A stretch of 47,989 nucleotides of DNA, taken from an uncultured Thiotrichales bacterium. GTDB taxonomy: Bacteria; Pseudomonadota; Gammaproteobacteria; CAZUMV01. The notes beneath the pieces were generated by a model. The model did not search any database. It saw nothing but the letters and a program-made list of their open reading frames with translations, and was not told the DNA's origin. The position numbers and the translations under genes are program-made. The stretch spans positions 1 through 47,989 of the forward strand of contig CALIRD010000114.1 in the NCBI GenBank assembly GCA_938042355.1. Direction: 5' to 3'. Below, one piece after another: positions 46,403 to 47,989 of this stretch; the stretch's first letter is position 1, and each line of letters starts with the position of its first letter.

Positions 46403-46774
46403 TTAATCTGCCATAGATGACAGGCATCGTTGTTCCACATGGCGCAAATCCTCGAGCATAGTTTCCAGATCTTTTTGCTGCTCCTGTAACTGCTCGCATT
46501 TTTCTCTGACCTTGCCAAGCAACACCCGCATCTGATTTTTATTGCCAGCCTTGGGGTCGTACATATTGATGATCTCGGCACTTTCATCCAATGAGAAACC
46601 AAGACGCTTACCTCTCAAGATTAATTTCAAACGCGTTCGATCAGCATGGTCATACGTCCGAGTCTGCTTATGACGATCAGGACTCAAGAGCCCTTTTTCT
46701 TCATAAAAACGCAACGAGCGTGTAGTGACATCAAACTCCTGGGCTAAATCTCGTATTGAATAGGTTGCTGGCAC
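46403..46774 (-). CDS. liuR: MerR-family regulator LiuR
   Basis: YSIRDLAQEFDVTTRSLRFYEEKGLL, RLKLILRGKRLGFSL; heads the liu operon. Confidence 0.9.
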   Translation of the reverse strand: MPATYSIRDLAQEFDVTTRSLRFYEEKGLLSPDRHKQTRTYDHADRTRLKLILRGKRLGFSLDESAEIINMYDPKAGNKNQMRVLLGKVREKCEQLQEQQKDLETMLEDLRHVEQRCLSSMAD

Positions 46775-46800
46775 GGGCTGTATCTCTTGATAGAGTAAAA

Positions 46801-46829
46801 ACTATACCTTACGTTTACGTTCACGTAAA
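46801..46829 (-). promoter_or_regulatory. LiuR operator and liuR promoter
   Basis: TTTACGT-TC-ACGTAAA palindrome (46814-46829) matches the known LiuR motif. Minus strand TTTACG-N17-TATAGT. Confidence 0.82.
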
Positions 46830-46947
46830 GTAGATTGGGTCTAATACGCTTGTACTGGCGCACACTCTTATTTATTCACTATGGATTCATTGCCGTTTTA
46901 GCATTACTGTTAGCGTCCTTTTTCAGCCAGCACCTAACCACACTGAC

Positions 46948-47325
46948 ATGAGCTTAAATAGACGAGAACTTGTACTAATCATTTGCTGTTTTGTTGTCTT
47001 GTCGGCGTGCACCGCAGCAAAAACTGTAGGCAAGGTTGCCACCCTTCCAGTCAAAGGCGTTTATCAAGCTGGTAAATTGACGGGTAAAGCGGTGATGTGG
47101 TCAGGTAAAGGGTTTGTTAAAAGTGGCGAGACTGTCATTAATGTCACCAATGCAGCACTGGATACCACCAGTCGTTTGTTAACCGTTACCTCTCAAGTCA
47201 TCAGTGTCTCAGGGCAGATCGTCACCGTCACAGAACAGATCAGCCGAGCAGAACTGGAAGCTACTCTGGAAGCGGCTCGTCAATCTACTGACGTGATAAG
47301 CGTACTGGTGGATGTTGCCACATAG
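46948..47325 (+). CDS. Hypothetical lipoprotein
   Basis: Lipobox VLSAC followed by a Thr/Val/Gly/Lys-rich amphipathic sequence. Confidence 0.65.
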   Translation: MSLNRRELVLIICCFVVLSACTAAKTVGKVATLPVKGVYQAGKLTGKAVMWSGKGFVKSGETVINVTNAALDTTSRLLTVTSQVISVSGQIVTVTEQISRAELEATLEAARQSTDVISVLVDVAT

Positions 47326-47426
47326 TAAGCGCTGGCGTTCAACACATACGCTCCACACTCAAAATTAATTTCCTCGTATTAGCACGGTATTGCTAAACTA
47401 GACTTTCATTACCGCAAGGAAGTCTC

Positions 47427-47989
47427 GTGAGTACAACATTATTTGACCTGACCGATAAAGTCGCTTTAGTAACGGGCGCAAGTCGGGGTATAGGTGAGGC
47501 TATTGCCTGCCTGCTAGCCGAGCAAGGAGCGACCGTCGTTGTGAGTAGTCGCAAGATTGATGGTTGCCAGACTGTCGTCGATAAAATCACCAGTGCGGGT
47601 GGTAAGGCCGAGGCATTTCCCTGCCATATCGGTGACATGGATGATATCGAAAAAATCTTCAGTCATATTAAAGCCACTCACAACAAACTCGATATTCTGG
47701 TTAATAATGCGGCCGCGAATCCTTACTATGGCCACATTCTGGATACTGATCTCGGCGCATTTAATAAAACTGTCGACGTTAATATTCGCGGTTATTTTTT
47801 CATGTCAGTCGCTGGTGGCAATCTCATGAAGGAACAAGGTGGCGGCATCATCGTCAATACCGCATCGATTAATGGCCTGGTTCCGGGCAGTCTCCAGGGA
47901 ATATATTCAATAACAAAAGCGGCTGTGGTTAACATGACCAAATCATTTGCCAAAGAATGTGCCCCATTCAATATTCGCGTCAATGCCAT
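47427..47989 (+). CDS. Short-chain dehydrogenase/reductase (3' end beyond window)
   Basis: Not in the ORF track. GTG 47427 with AAGGAAG SD gives MSTTLFDLTDKVALVTGASRGIG...LVNNAA...NTAS...YSITK...IRVNA. Confidence 0.9.
   Translation, partial: MSTTLFDLTDKVALVTGASRGIGEAIACLLAEQGATVVVSSRKIDGCQTVVDKITSAGGKAEAFPCHIGDMDDIEKIFSHIKATHNKLDILVNNAAANPYYGHILDTDLGAFNKTVDVNIRGYFFMSVAGGNLMKEQGGGIIVNTASINGLVPGSLQGIYSITKAAVVNMTKSFAKECAPFNIRVNA

Noticed and set aside
47393-47989. Track ORFs 47393..47638, 47514..47735, 47557..47829 and 47792..47989
   Set aside because: All overlap the plus-strand SDR starting at 47427, which the track missed because it has no stop inside the window.
1-47989. CRISPR array, tRNA/rRNA genes, IS elements, prophage or anti-phage defence genes
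   Set aside because: No regularly spaced repeats, RNA gene signatures, transposase/integrase motifs or recognisable defence domains were seen by eye. The SNase-like nuclease is a common secreted type.

Overview
Gene-dense chromosomal window, most likely from a gammaproteobacterium (inferred from the pgeF-rluD/bamD arrangement, the liuR-liuABCD operon and the overall gene style). I saw no rRNA, tRNA, CRISPR array, integrase or transposase. Core genes lie at both ends: pgeF, rluD, bamD, mtaB and pncC/cinA on the left, and liuRABCD plus a partial SDR on the right. Between them is about 36 kb of accessory catabolic and signalling genes. These include an orphan VOC/oxidoreductase/MFS/hydrolase operon, a CadC/ToxR-like sensor with a divergent secreted NTF2-like protein, and a BlaI-M56-TonB-receptor module with clear operators. 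There is also a DecR-like regulator with a class V PLP enzyme, and a homoprotocatechuate (hpa/hpc) meta-cleavage cluster. The hpa cluster is the most unusual part. It has no hpaD or hpaBC, and carries a two-subunit LigAB-type dioxygenase instead. Its HpaF lacks the catalytic Pro-1, and it has two HpaR paralogs. One paralog heads an operon with a VanA-like Rieske oxygenase behind HpaR-type TTAA-N4-TTAA operators, which suggests an O-demethylation entry route (for example homovanillate) into the pathway. All family calls come from recognising motifs by eye; no database searches were run.
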